From a virus (taxonomy: Duplodnaviria; Caudoviricetes), in IMG/VR virus record IMGVR_UViG_3300009108_000480: DNA of 64,000 bases. One strand, 5' to 3'. The notes under the pieces are model-generated. The model was not told the origin of the DNA, searched no databases, and saw nothing but the letters and a program-made list of their open reading frames with translations. Below are positions 38,528 to 47,370 of this stretch, in pieces (the stretch's first letter is position 1; each line of letters opens with the position of its first letter). Made by a program: the position numbers and the translations under genes.

Positions 38528-39700
38528 ATGAAAATATTTTACATGGGCCTAGAGCCATACGAAGGCAGATATACATTACAATTAACTGATTGGACTGAAC
38601 GGGCTTTCAAAAATAGAGGTATCGATTATGTTATAGTACCTGGTACTACTATCGATGATTCCAAAGCAATTGTAACAGGACAAGTATTAGATGCACATGG
38701 ACGTTCATATTTTGGTATGAGTCAAATGATGAATTTAGTACAAATGATGAAAGCTGGTGAAATTACATCAAATGATATTATATTTTTTGAAGATATGTTT
38801 CAACCAGGTATAGAATCGTTACCATACATTATGAATCAATCACCAGCAGAATTTAGACCAAAAGTTTGGATAAGATGTTTAGCACAATCAATTGATCCTG
38901 ATGATTTTATACACGTATGGGATATGAGCAAATGGATGAGCTTATATGAAGCGATGTGCAATGAATTTGTAACAGGTGTATTAGCAACTAATGAAGAAAT
39001 GGTTGCACATATGAAAATTGCAAATTGGAAAGCACCAATTTATAACATATCAGGATTAAGTTTTGGCAAAGAAGAAGTACAAAATAGAGTAAAAGATATT
39101 AAACCTTTTGAAGAACGAACAATGCGAGTTGTTTTTGGTGCAAGATGGGATCAAGAAAAACAACCAGGTTTCTTTATGGATATGATTGACCATTGGCAAC
39201 AAAATAAAAAATTGCCTCCAGTTGAATTTTGTATCTGCGTAGGTGGACCTTTAAGAAGTAATAACAAAGTATATGTAGACAGGGCAAGACGAATGGAAAA
39301 AGAAGGCACACTTACAATATATGAAAATTTAAAAAAGAATCAATATTACAACATACTTGCAGATTCAAGAGTATTATTTAATTGTGCGTTACAAGATTGG
39401 ACATCCAATACTGTATCAGAAGCAGATTCATTAGGTTGTAATGTACTATTTCCAGCATACAGAACATTTCCTGAAGTTTTTGCAAACGACGAAACAAGAA
39501 TGTATGTTCCGTGGAGTGGCAGAGATGCAATGGAAAAACTAAAAGTATTATTAATGAAACCATCCCCTAGTATGGGTCAAATATCTGATTGGACTGACGG
39601 TACAATAGACAGAATGATTGACATTATGACAGGCACGGGAGAACAATGGAGAAGAGATGGAAAACACTACAGAACACCAGTTTCCGAATCTAAATATTAA
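38528..39700 (+). CDS. GT-B fold glycosyltransferase (GT4-like)
   Basis: ARWDQEKQPGF, SRVLFNCALQDWTSNTVSEA..LGC (E-x7-E-like region). Confidence 0.75.
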   Translation: MKIFYMGLEPYEGRYTLQLTDWTERAFKNRGIDYVIVPGTTIDDSKAIVTGQVLDAHGRSYFGMSQMMNLVQMMKAGEITSNDIIFFEDMFQPGIESLPYIMNQSPAEFRPKVWIRCLAQSIDPDDFIHVWDMSKWMSLYEAMCNEFVTGVLATNEEMVAHMKIANWKAPIYNISGLSFGKEEVQNRVKDIKPFEERTMRVVFGARWDQEKQPGFFMDMIDHWQQNKKLPPVEFCICVGGPLRSNNKVYVDRARRMEKEGTLTIYENLKKNQYYNILADSRVLFNCALQDWTSNTVSEADSLGCNVLFPAYRTFPEVFANDETRMYVPWSGRDAMEKLKVLLMKPSPSMGQISDWTDGTIDRMIDIMTGTGEQWRRDGKHYRTPVSESKY

Positions 39701-40691
39701 ACCAATTGGATCCTGTGTATTAGTAACAGGAGGAGCTGGATATATTGGCTCACACACCTGTAAAATATTAAAGAAAAATGGATTCACTCCAATAACTATT
39801 GATAGACATATTGAAAGGTTTGGTCATGCAACATTTGGCCCACATTTTCAAGTTGACCTACCTAAAAATCAAAGTTATCTAAACGAAATAATTAAAAGAT
39901 ACGATATACAATCTTGCATACACTTTGCTGGTAGTGCCTCAGTTGGTGAATCTGTAAAAGATCCAAGCAAGTATTATAAAAATAATGTAATAACTACAAT
40001 GGCTCTGCTTGATCAATTAGTACAAAATAATATTAAAACATTTATATTTTCATCAAGTGCGGCTGTATATGGCGATCCCGGAAATCGAAAATGTAGAGAA
40101 GATCGCGGACCAAATCCAATTAACCCATATGGTGTTACAAAATTAATAGTAGAAAGAATGCTTATGGATTATAAAACAGCATATGGCATTTCATCGGTAA
40201 GTTTAAGATATTTTAATGCCGCAGGTGCTGATCCAGAGGAAGAAATTGGAGAATCAAGAACCAAAGAAACTCATTTAATTCCATTGGCCATTAACGCATC
40301 AAGACAATTAAAAACATTTTATATAAATGGCGATAAATTTCCTACAGAAGATGGAACGTGTGTAAGAGATTATGTTCATGTTATGGACCTAGCCGACGCA
40401 CACATTAAGGCTTTAAATTATGCAAATAAAAATTCAGTATGTGAACAAATTAATTTAGGATCAGGTATACCTATTTCTAACAAACAATTATTAGACATCA
40501 TACAAAAACATACCGGTAAAATGGACATAATTGTAAGAGATGGTAGACAAGGAGATCCGGCATATCTTGTAGCTGATATTTTCAAAGCTAAAAAAATATT
40601 AAATTGGTCTCCTACACAAAGTTCTATTGACAATATAGTGGCAACTGCTGTAAAATGGTATAATAAAATACATAAAAAAGAAATACAATAA
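39657..40691 (+). CDS. galE: UDP-glucose 4-epimerase
   Basis: VLVTGGAGYIGSH, SSSAAVYG, YGVTK, LRYFNAAGA, GTCVRDYVHV. Confidence 0.92.
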   Translation: MENTTEHQFPNLNIKPIGSCVLVTGGAGYIGSHTCKILKKNGFTPITIDRHIERFGHATFGPHFQVDLPKNQSYLNEIIKRYDIQSCIHFAGSASVGESVKDPSKYYKNNVITTMALLDQLVQNNIKTFIFSSSAAVYGDPGNRKCREDRGPNPINPYGVTKLIVERMLMDYKTAYGISSVSLRYFNAAGADPEEEIGESRTKETHLIPLAINASRQLKTFYINGDKFPTEDGTCVRDYVHVMDLADAHIKALNYANKNSVCEQINLGSGIPISNKQLLDIIQKHTGKMDIIVRDGRQGDPAYLVADIFKAKKILNWSPTQSSIDNIVATAVKWYNKIHKKEIQ

Positions 40692-41404
40692 TGGATGATA
40701 CATTAAAAGATAGTTGGGATAATACACATGATCCAATTAGCAAACAAATAAAACAAAGAATTAAAAAAGCAGGAAAAAGATTTCACTGTAATGATAATAT
40801 TTCTGAATACATTGAAGATGGTGATTTAGAACAATTACAAGCAGAAGTACAAGAAAAATTACAAGGTGTATTAGAAAGTCTTGTAATTGATACAGAAAAC
40901 GATCACAATACACAGGAAACTGCAAAACGTGTCGCTAAAATGTATGTACAAGAAACATTTGGTGGCAGATATAAACCGTTTCCGAGAGTTACAAGTTTTC
41001 CTAATGTGGGTTACAAGAGTATGTACACTAGTGGTCCAATTAGTATTAAGTCAACGTGTGCTCACCATTTACAAAATATTGTAGGTAATGCTTGGGTAGG
41101 TATTATTCCAACTGGCAAAGTTATTGGTTTGAGTAAGTTTAACAGAATTATACATCACATTGTAGAAAGACCACAGATACAAGAAGAAATGACAACACAA
41201 ATTGCTGATGCATTAAAAGAATACGCACACACAACTCATATTGCAGTAGTAGTTAAAGCAGAACATCATTGTATGACACACAGAGGCGTAAGAGAACAGG
41301 AATCTGATATGACAACTGCAATTATGTTAGGTGCATTTAAAGATGACCCAGCAACTAGAGATGAATTTTATAAAATTTGCATGAGCATGAAGGGCCATGC
41401 ATAA
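40691..41404 (+). CDS. folE: GTP cyclohydrolase I
   Basis: TAKRVAKMY, STCAHH, GLSKFNR, PQIQEEMT, AEHHCM..RGV. Confidence 0.95.
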   Translation: MDDTLKDSWDNTHDPISKQIKQRIKKAGKRFHCNDNISEYIEDGDLEQLQAEVQEKLQGVLESLVIDTENDHNTQETAKRVAKMYVQETFGGRYKPFPRVTSFPNVGYKSMYTSGPISIKSTCAHHLQNIVGNAWVGIIPTGKVIGLSKFNRIIHHIVERPQIQEEMTTQIADALKEYAHTTHIAVVVKAEHHCMTHRGVREQESDMTTAIMLGAFKDDPATRDEFYKICMSMKGHA

Positions 41405-42063
41405 TGAATAATGAACTTCGAAAGAGGTCATTTATAGAGTTAGACGTAGAAATCGATTTCGAAAAACTTTTACAAGAGTATCATATCATAGACAAGAAGT
41501 ATGCTTTCCACAATTACAATACAAATTACTGGGCAGTAAGAAAAAAATATGCTAAAAGTTGGTCTGGTGTATGCCTGACAAGTTCTGATGGAAGTCTATA
41601 CACTGATCTACATGAAAATAGACGAGATATTCCTTTTATAGATACAGAAATAAAAAAACATTGTCCATACATTTACAAATTAATAAAAGATCTAGGCGGC
41701 GACAAATGTAGTGCAAGAATCATGAGGATTTCCCCAAAAGAATCTTTAGTATGGCATAGCCACGTGCAAGAGCACGGACAAGAAGAGAATCAACTTACAG
41801 TGCAAATACCTATAATAGTACCAAAACAATTTGAATATTGTGTGGTTAACAAGAACGAATTTAAATGGTACAAAAGATTTTTTAGACCTTCATGGTTTAA
41901 AAATGCCGAATGCAAAAGACTTGAGACGGGTAAAGCATATATTTTCAATTCCTATCATTACCATAATGTATATAATCATAGCAACGAATATAGAATAACG
42001 TTAATGTTATATCTTGACTTACGAAACCCAACAGTTTATAATTTGGTACAAAGAAGTTTATGA
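41404..42063 (+). CDS. Asp/Asn beta-hydroxylase-like 2OG-Fe(II) oxygenase
   Basis: ARIMRISP...WHSH, GKAYIFN...HNVYN.S.EYRITL. Confidence 0.7.
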   Translation: MNNELRKRSFIELDVEIDFEKLLQEYHIIDKKYAFHNYNTNYWAVRKKYAKSWSGVCLTSSDGSLYTDLHENRRDIPFIDTEIKKHCPYIYKLIKDLGGDKCSARIMRISPKESLVWHSHVQEHGQEENQLTVQIPIIVPKQFEYCVVNKNEFKWYKRFFRPSWFKNAECKRLETGKAYIFNSYHYHNVYNHSNEYRITLMLYLDLRNPTVYNLVQRSL

Positions 42064-42266
42064 AAAAAGGAAAAAAATTAACATTTAAGAAAAAAGTATG
42101 GAAAATTTTAGATGGAACTTATAAAAGACCTATAGATCAAGAAGACGTTGATAGACTAGTAGCGGCAGTACAACAAGAAATAATGTTAGATACTAGAGAT
42201 GTGGAAACGATGGACGCAATTAATGATGGTAAAATAGACTGGAGCGGAAATGCCACCAAAAAGTAA
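42060..42266 (+). CDS. Hypothetical protein
   Basis: Coupled ORF. Confidence 0.5.
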   Translation: MKKGKKLTFKKKVWKILDGTYKRPIDQEDVDRLVAAVQQEIMLDTRDVETMDAINDGKIDWSGNATKK

Positions 42267-42603
42267 AAAAGAATTATTAAAAGATTTAAAAAATGTACAA
42301 GAAAATACTAAAGTAATGGATCAATACGATCAAGCACAAGATTTAGATGGAGGTATGAGTAGTTGGACTTATAATATGGGAGAATTAAACACAGGTACAA
42401 CTGTAACCACGGCAAGCGTAGGTTCATTAGATGATGGACTTGATGTAAAATTTGACGTAAGTGATGGTTTATATCAACCAAGTTTTGACTTTGATGATGA
42501 AAAATTAAGAAAAAAATATCCAGCATTACAAGATGCTCATGAACATTACCAAAATATAAAACAAATGTGCGAAACTAGAGAACGAGAAGAAGATGGAAAT
42601 TAA
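42250..42603 (+). CDS. Hypothetical protein
   Basis: Coupled ORF. Confidence 0.55.
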   Translation: MPPKSKKELLKDLKNVQENTKVMDQYDQAQDLDGGMSSWTYNMGELNTGTTVTTASVGSLDDGLDVKFDVSDGLYQPSFDFDDEKLRKKYPALQDAHEHYQNIKQMCETREREEDGN

Positions 42604-42850
42604 AGATTTATTAGAAGATGTTAAAGCATATCGTAATACAATGGTTGCTAGAAATTTCCCACATCAAGAAATTACAAACCTTATTATAAAATGGGATCAA
42701 AAACTTCTAGAAGATACACCCGAATACAAACAACGTAAAGAAAGAGAAGCAAAGGAAAAACAGTTAGAAGAATTTAAAAAAAGAGAACAAGAAGAACAAG
42801 AAAATTTAGAAAAAATAGCCAAAGAAGCAAGAGAGGAAGATGCGTCTTAA
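42593..42850 (+). CDS. Hypothetical charged coiled-coil protein
   Basis: Coupled ORF. Confidence 0.5.
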   Translation: MEIKDLLEDVKAYRNTMVARNFPHQEITNLIIKWDQKLLEDTPEYKQRKEREAKEKQLEEFKKREQEEQENLEKIAKEAREEDAS

Positions 42851-43889
42851 TACTGAACTTAAATTAAATTATGCAGATGTTTTGTTACAACCAAAACGTT
42901 CAACATTATCTTCTCGAAAAGATGTTGACATAGAAAGAACATTTACATTTCAAAATTCAAAAGAAACTTATACGTGTGTTCCTATTGTAGCATCTAATAT
43001 GGATGGCGTTGGTACATTTAGTATGGCTAAAGTATTACAGGAATATAAAATGATGACTGTAATAACAAAAACAACAACACCTGAGCAATGGAAACAAGCC
43101 GTAGGACAAGGAATAAAATTAAAATACATATCTGTATGTACAGGTACAGGAAAACTTTGGGATAAAGACGCAGAAGATTATGCCACAATGCAACAAATAT
43201 TAAAAAGTTATCCAGATGTTAAATTTATTACAATTGACGTTGCAAATGGGTATCATGAAAATTATGTAGACTTTGTCGAAAAAGTAAGAGAAGAGTTTCC
43301 TGACAAAACTATAATTGCAGGTAACGTTGTTACTGCAGAAATGGTTGAGCAATTAATTATTAGTGGTGCTGATGTAGTAAAAATTGGTATAGGACCAGGA
43401 TCAGTATGTACAACAAGAACAATGGCTGGTGTAGGTGTTCCACAATTTTCAGCGGTAGTAGAATGTGCTGATGCGGCCAACGGTGTTGGAGGACACATAA
43501 TGGCTGATGGTGGTTGTGTAGAACCAGGTGATGTAGCAAAAGCATTTGGTGGCGGTGCACATTTTGTTATGCTAGGTGGTATGTTAGCAGGACACAATGA
43601 ATCAGAGTTGCCAGTTGTAGATGGAGAAAGAGAATTTTATGGTATGAGTTCTGATAGAGCAAGAGAAATACACGGTAAAAGAAAAGATGGATATAGAGGT
43701 AACGAAGGACGAAGAGTATTTTTACCTGACAGAGGACCTGTATCAGAAACAATTGAAGATATGTTAGGTGGAGTAAGATCCGCTTGTACATATATTGGTG
43801 CAAGAAGATTAAAGGATATACCTAAATGTGCAAGTTTTGTTAGAACAAACAATCCAATTAATAAAGTTTACGACCAATACGAAGATTAA
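42840..43889 (+). CDS. guaC: GMP reductase
   Basis: DVLLQPKRS, ASNMDGVG, IDVANG, GIGPGSVCTTR, MADGG, FYGMSS; lacks CBS domains; GuaC-type SACTYIGA. Confidence 0.93.
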   Translation: MRLNTELKLNYADVLLQPKRSTLSSRKDVDIERTFTFQNSKETYTCVPIVASNMDGVGTFSMAKVLQEYKMMTVITKTTTPEQWKQAVGQGIKLKYISVCTGTGKLWDKDAEDYATMQQILKSYPDVKFITIDVANGYHENYVDFVEKVREEFPDKTIIAGNVVTAEMVEQLIISGADVVKIGIGPGSVCTTRTMAGVGVPQFSAVVECADAANGVGGHIMADGGCVEPGDVAKAFGGGAHFVMLGGMLAGHNESELPVVDGEREFYGMSSDRAREIHGKRKDGYRGNEGRRVFLPDRGPVSETIEDMLGGVRSACTYIGARRLKDIPKCASFVRTNNPINKVYDQYED

Positions 43890-43902
43890 TTAAATATCAT
43901 GA

Positions 43903-45054
43903 ATGATACCGAACAAAAATACATTCTGCGTTGCACCTTTTAATAGTCTTTATGTAGGTCCAACTGGCAGTATTACCCCTTGTTGTCTTTTCGACAAACC
44001 AACAAAATATAAATTTCACGAAACTGAAGACTATTATCATTCTAAAGATCTGAATAAAGTAAGAAATAATTTAATTAACGGTATTAAAGATACCAACTGT
44101 ATTGCGTGTTGGAAACAAGAAGAAGCTAATGGTGATTCATTAAGATTAATATTAAACAGAACTGTTGGAAAAGATATTACTCAAGCAATTAATAATTTAG
44201 ATACAAAAAATATAAAAAGTTTTGACTTACAGCTTGGAAATTTATGTAATTTAAAATGCGTTATGTGTTCACCAAAGTGGAGTAGTCAAATACTTGCTGA
44301 GATAAACATAAATCAAGAAATGAAAAAATTTTATAAACATGGCAATTTGAAACAAAACGAATTTAATTGGCCAAAAGAAAACGATTTTGCAAAATGGTGT
44401 GAAAAATTTTTACCACAAAGTATACATATCAAATTAACTGGGGGCGAACCCTTCATAAATCCGTGGCTGTTCAAAACATTAGAAAACATACCAACAAGTC
44501 AAAAAGAAAAATGTATTCTTCACTTTACTACAAACCTAACAATAATTAATGACAAAATATTAAACATACTTAAAAAATTTAAAGAAACATGGATTAGTGT
44601 ATCTGTTGATGGCATAGAAGATACTTTTGAATATATTAGATTTGGCCATACTTGGAATGCTATTAAAAAAAATATAGACACATTATTAAATGTTAAAGAA
44701 AACATAAAATTATCAATTAACTGTGTAATACAAGCACCAATACTACCTAATATTGTTAATATGGTAAATTATTTTGATACTAAAAAAATAAAAATAAGAC
44801 CTATTATACTAACATCACCAAAAAAACTAACACTTTCTTCTTTAAAAGAACAATTTAAAAATAATATTATAAAAGATCTACAAAATTATAAAGGATATAA
44901 TCAAGAATTTATTGACGTTGTTAAATCAGTAATTAAAGATAATATAAATCACGACAATGAATTAGCTCAAGAATGTGTGCATTACCTAGATAATATTGAC
45001 AAAATACGAAACACTAATTTTAAAAACATTATTCCGGTTGATTGTTTTATATGA
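43903..45054 (+). CDS. Radical SAM protein with N-terminal SPASM/twitch-like domain
   Basis: CVAPF...PCC, CIAC, CNLKCVMC, TGGEP. Confidence 0.88.
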   Translation: MIPNKNTFCVAPFNSLYVGPTGSITPCCLFDKPTKYKFHETEDYYHSKDLNKVRNNLINGIKDTNCIACWKQEEANGDSLRLILNRTVGKDITQAINNLDTKNIKSFDLQLGNLCNLKCVMCSPKWSSQILAEININQEMKKFYKHGNLKQNEFNWPKENDFAKWCEKFLPQSIHIKLTGGEPFINPWLFKTLENIPTSQKEKCILHFTTNLTIINDKILNILKKFKETWISVSVDGIEDTFEYIRFGHTWNAIKKNIDTLLNVKENIKLSINCVIQAPILPNIVNMVNYFDTKKIKIRPIILTSPKKLTLSSLKEQFKNNIIKDLQNYKGYNQEFIDVVKSVIKDNINHDNELAQECVHYLDNIDKIRNTNFKNIIPVDCFI

Positions 45055-45743
45055 GAGACATAGGCATTTATTATAAAAGTTCTACTTGCGGTATGTTCCT
45101 ATTATATTATATTTTAGGATCAGATCAAAAATTTAATGTGACTTCACGTAATCAAGATCTTAACTATGGTACTAATAAAAAATTAATGACCTCGATGTTC
45201 TATACACAATTTAAACCTAAAAAATATGGCGAGTGGATTAGTGGTGAATATTGGCCAGATAATTTGTTTGCTGACAACCATTTACCAAAATTTTATTACT
45301 TTCAAATACACGATTTTGCTCCACACCAAGATTTTAAAGAAAAATTTCGAATAAATGACTTATATAAAAAACTCGACTGCATAAAAATTAATCCTTATGT
45401 TGCTGATGATAGCAAATGGTTTAAACTAATGTTCTATAAAAGATCTGGATCATTTCATGATTTCCCAAAACAAAATTTTACTTTTAAAGAATTTTACCAA
45501 CGATTTAAATTTGTATTATCAAGAAGTAAAGGCTCCAAATTAGATTGGTGTGATTATAGCTTTGATATCTTAAAATTTTTAGTGGATAAAGAAGAAAGAC
45601 AACGTTTATGTGATTATATAGGTATTACAATGAACGAAAGGATGGAGGAATTTTTAAATTATTATATAAAGGCTCATGAAGAATGGCTACTTAAAAAATT
45701 ATATAGTGATGATGTAAAACGACCAACTGGAGTAATAAAATAA
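45051..45743 (+). CDS. Hypothetical protein, paralog A of tandem pair
   Basis: MRDIGIYYKSSTCGMF... near-identical ends to next gene. Confidence 0.65.
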   Translation: MRDIGIYYKSSTCGMFLLYYILGSDQKFNVTSRNQDLNYGTNKKLMTSMFYTQFKPKKYGEWISGEYWPDNLFADNHLPKFYYFQIHDFAPHQDFKEKFRINDLYKKLDCIKINPYVADDSKWFKLMFYKRSGSFHDFPKQNFTFKEFYQRFKFVLSRSKGSKLDWCDYSFDILKFLVDKEERQRLCDYIGITMNERMEEFLNYYIKAHEEWLLKKLYSDDVKRPTGVIK

Positions 45744-46564
45744 TGAAAGATATAGGCATTTATTATAAAAGTACTTGTTGTGGTATGTTTGTATTGTATT
45801 ACATATTAGGTTCAGACCAAAAATTTAACGTAACTGCACGTAATAAAGAACTTGACTACGGTACTAATAAAAAATTAATGAACTATATGTTCTACAAACA
45901 ATTTCAAAAAACGCAAAAAACCAAAGGCATAACTGGTTGGACTAATGATGCCGAAAGGAAAGACCACAAAAATCGAGTTGGGAATTGGAAAGATGGAAAA
46001 TGGTGGAGCAATTGGACTAGTAAAGAATACTGGCCAGATAACACATTTAAAGACAATGATTTACCAAAACTTTGGTATTTTCAACTTCACGATAACGTAG
46101 AAAAACAAAGTGTTGAGTATTGGGATTACAGACAGAAAACAGAAGAAGAAATAAAAATAATTAGGGATTATAAAAATATTGATTGTATTAAACTTAATCC
46201 TTATGTTACGGATAAAAGAAAATGGTATAAAATGCAATATGCTAAAAGAACCGGAAGTTGTGGGAATATTCCAAAAAAAAATCCTACTTTTAAAAAAGTG
46301 CGTGATACTTATATAGATGGTTGGATTAAAGGTAATGGTGGAGCAACATGGCCATCTAAGTTAGATTGGTGTGATTATAACTTTGACATTCTTAAATTTT
46401 TAGTAGATAAAGAAGAAAGACAGCGTCTATGCGATTACCTTGGCATTACAATAAACGAAAGAATGGAAGAATTTTTAGTACATTATCTAGAATGCCACCC
46501 CGAAAAATTACTTAAAAAATTATACGGATCTGAAGTAGAAAGACCTATTGGTAAAACCATTTAA
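45743..46564 (+). CDS. Hypothetical protein, paralog B of tandem pair
   Basis: MKDIGIYYKSTCCGMF... Confidence 0.65.
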   Translation: MKDIGIYYKSTCCGMFVLYYILGSDQKFNVTARNKELDYGTNKKLMNYMFYKQFQKTQKTKGITGWTNDAERKDHKNRVGNWKDGKWWSNWTSKEYWPDNTFKDNDLPKLWYFQLHDNVEKQSVEYWDYRQKTEEEIKIIRDYKNIDCIKLNPYVTDKRKWYKMQYAKRTGSCGNIPKKNPTFKKVRDTYIDGWIKGNGGATWPSKLDWCDYNFDILKFLVDKEERQRLCDYLGITINERMEEFLVHYLECHPEKLLKKLYGSEVERPIGKTI

Positions 46565-46581
46565 TTAAACTTAAAAGTGTA

Positions 46582-46610
46582 TTGATTTAATTCACAAATT
46601 GTCGTACAAT
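46582..46610 (+). promoter_or_regulatory. Sigma70-type promoter of yhhQ-like gene
   Basis: TTGATT (46582-46587), 17 nt, TACAAT (46605-46610); AGGAGG RBS before 46643. Confidence 0.7.
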
Positions 46611-46642
46611 AGTGAACATTTAATAATATCCTAGGAGGATTA

Positions 46643-47305
46643 ATGTTAGATTTATTAAAAAACGTAGACAAAAGTATGCTGTGGAAACTTGTAGCACTTC
46701 ACGTTATCGTGATTACAGTTTCAAACGGTTTAGTAAACATTCCTGTAGAAATACTTGGAGTTAAACTAACCTGGGCGGCATTCACTTTCCCTTTAGTAGT
46801 AATAGCAACTGACTTAACAGTCAGACTATTGGGTAAAACGATAGCACGGTCTACAATTGCAATAGCCTATCCACTTGCGATCATTGGATCCATTTTGGTA
46901 GTGCTGGCAGAAGGAGCACCTCAATCAGTTGCGTTAAGAATTGGTTTTGCAAGTGCGACTGCGTATGCAATTGGAACTTTGCTAGATGTATATGTCTTCC
47001 AATGGCTGAGAGAAAATTATTCAGCTTGGTGGTTAGCACCTGCAGTATCAACTGTGGTAGCAAACATAATTGACACATACACATTCTTCTTTACAGCATT
47101 CTCAGGTGGCGCCAACGAGTATATGGCGGCTAACTGGGCAGAAATTGCCGGTTCACAAACTGTATTAAAAATTATGGTTGGTTTGATAGTATTCTTACCA
47201 GCTTATGGTTTATTACTTAGACATTTGTCGGGTAAATTTAAAGTTAGTGCAACTGTACAAAAAGCATTTAAAGATGCAAGTAAAGACCTAGTAAAATCAA
47301 AATAA
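46643..47305 (+). CDS. yhhQ: YhhQ/VUT-family queuosine precursor (preQ0/preQ1) transporter
   Basis: SN.LV.IP, TWAAFTFP...TDLTVR, RI..AS..AY..G.LLD, ST..ANIIDT. Confidence 0.9.
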   Translation: MLDLLKNVDKSMLWKLVALHVIVITVSNGLVNIPVEILGVKLTWAAFTFPLVVIATDLTVRLLGKTIARSTIAIAYPLAIIGSILVVLAEGAPQSVALRIGFASATAYAIGTLLDVYVFQWLRENYSAWWLAPAVSTVVANIIDTYTFFFTAFSGGANEYMAANWAEIAGSQTVLKIMVGLIVFLPAYGLLLRHLSGKFKVSATVQKAFKDASKDLVKSK

Positions 47306-47318
47306 AATTGATTTATTT

Positions 47319-47360
47319 TCAATAGGGGGTATTTTTTTACCCCCTGTTGATATTTCATTT
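47319..47360 (+). terminator. Probable intrinsic terminator after yhhQ-like gene
   Basis: 13-bp stem TCAATAGGGGGTA / TACCCCCTGTTGA (one G-U), T6 loop, T-rich tail. Confidence 0.7.
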
Positions 47361-47370
47361 AAATATTGGT

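Noticed and set aside
46564-46643. preQ1 riboswitch upstream of yhhQ (also checked before queE and folE)
   Set aside because: Leader is about 25 nt with no preQ1 aptamer hairpin; queE appears leaderless and folE is translationally coupled.
47347-47370. Track start TTG 47347
   Set aside because: Falls in the terminator stem; ATG 47371 behind a TAAATA box is more plausible.
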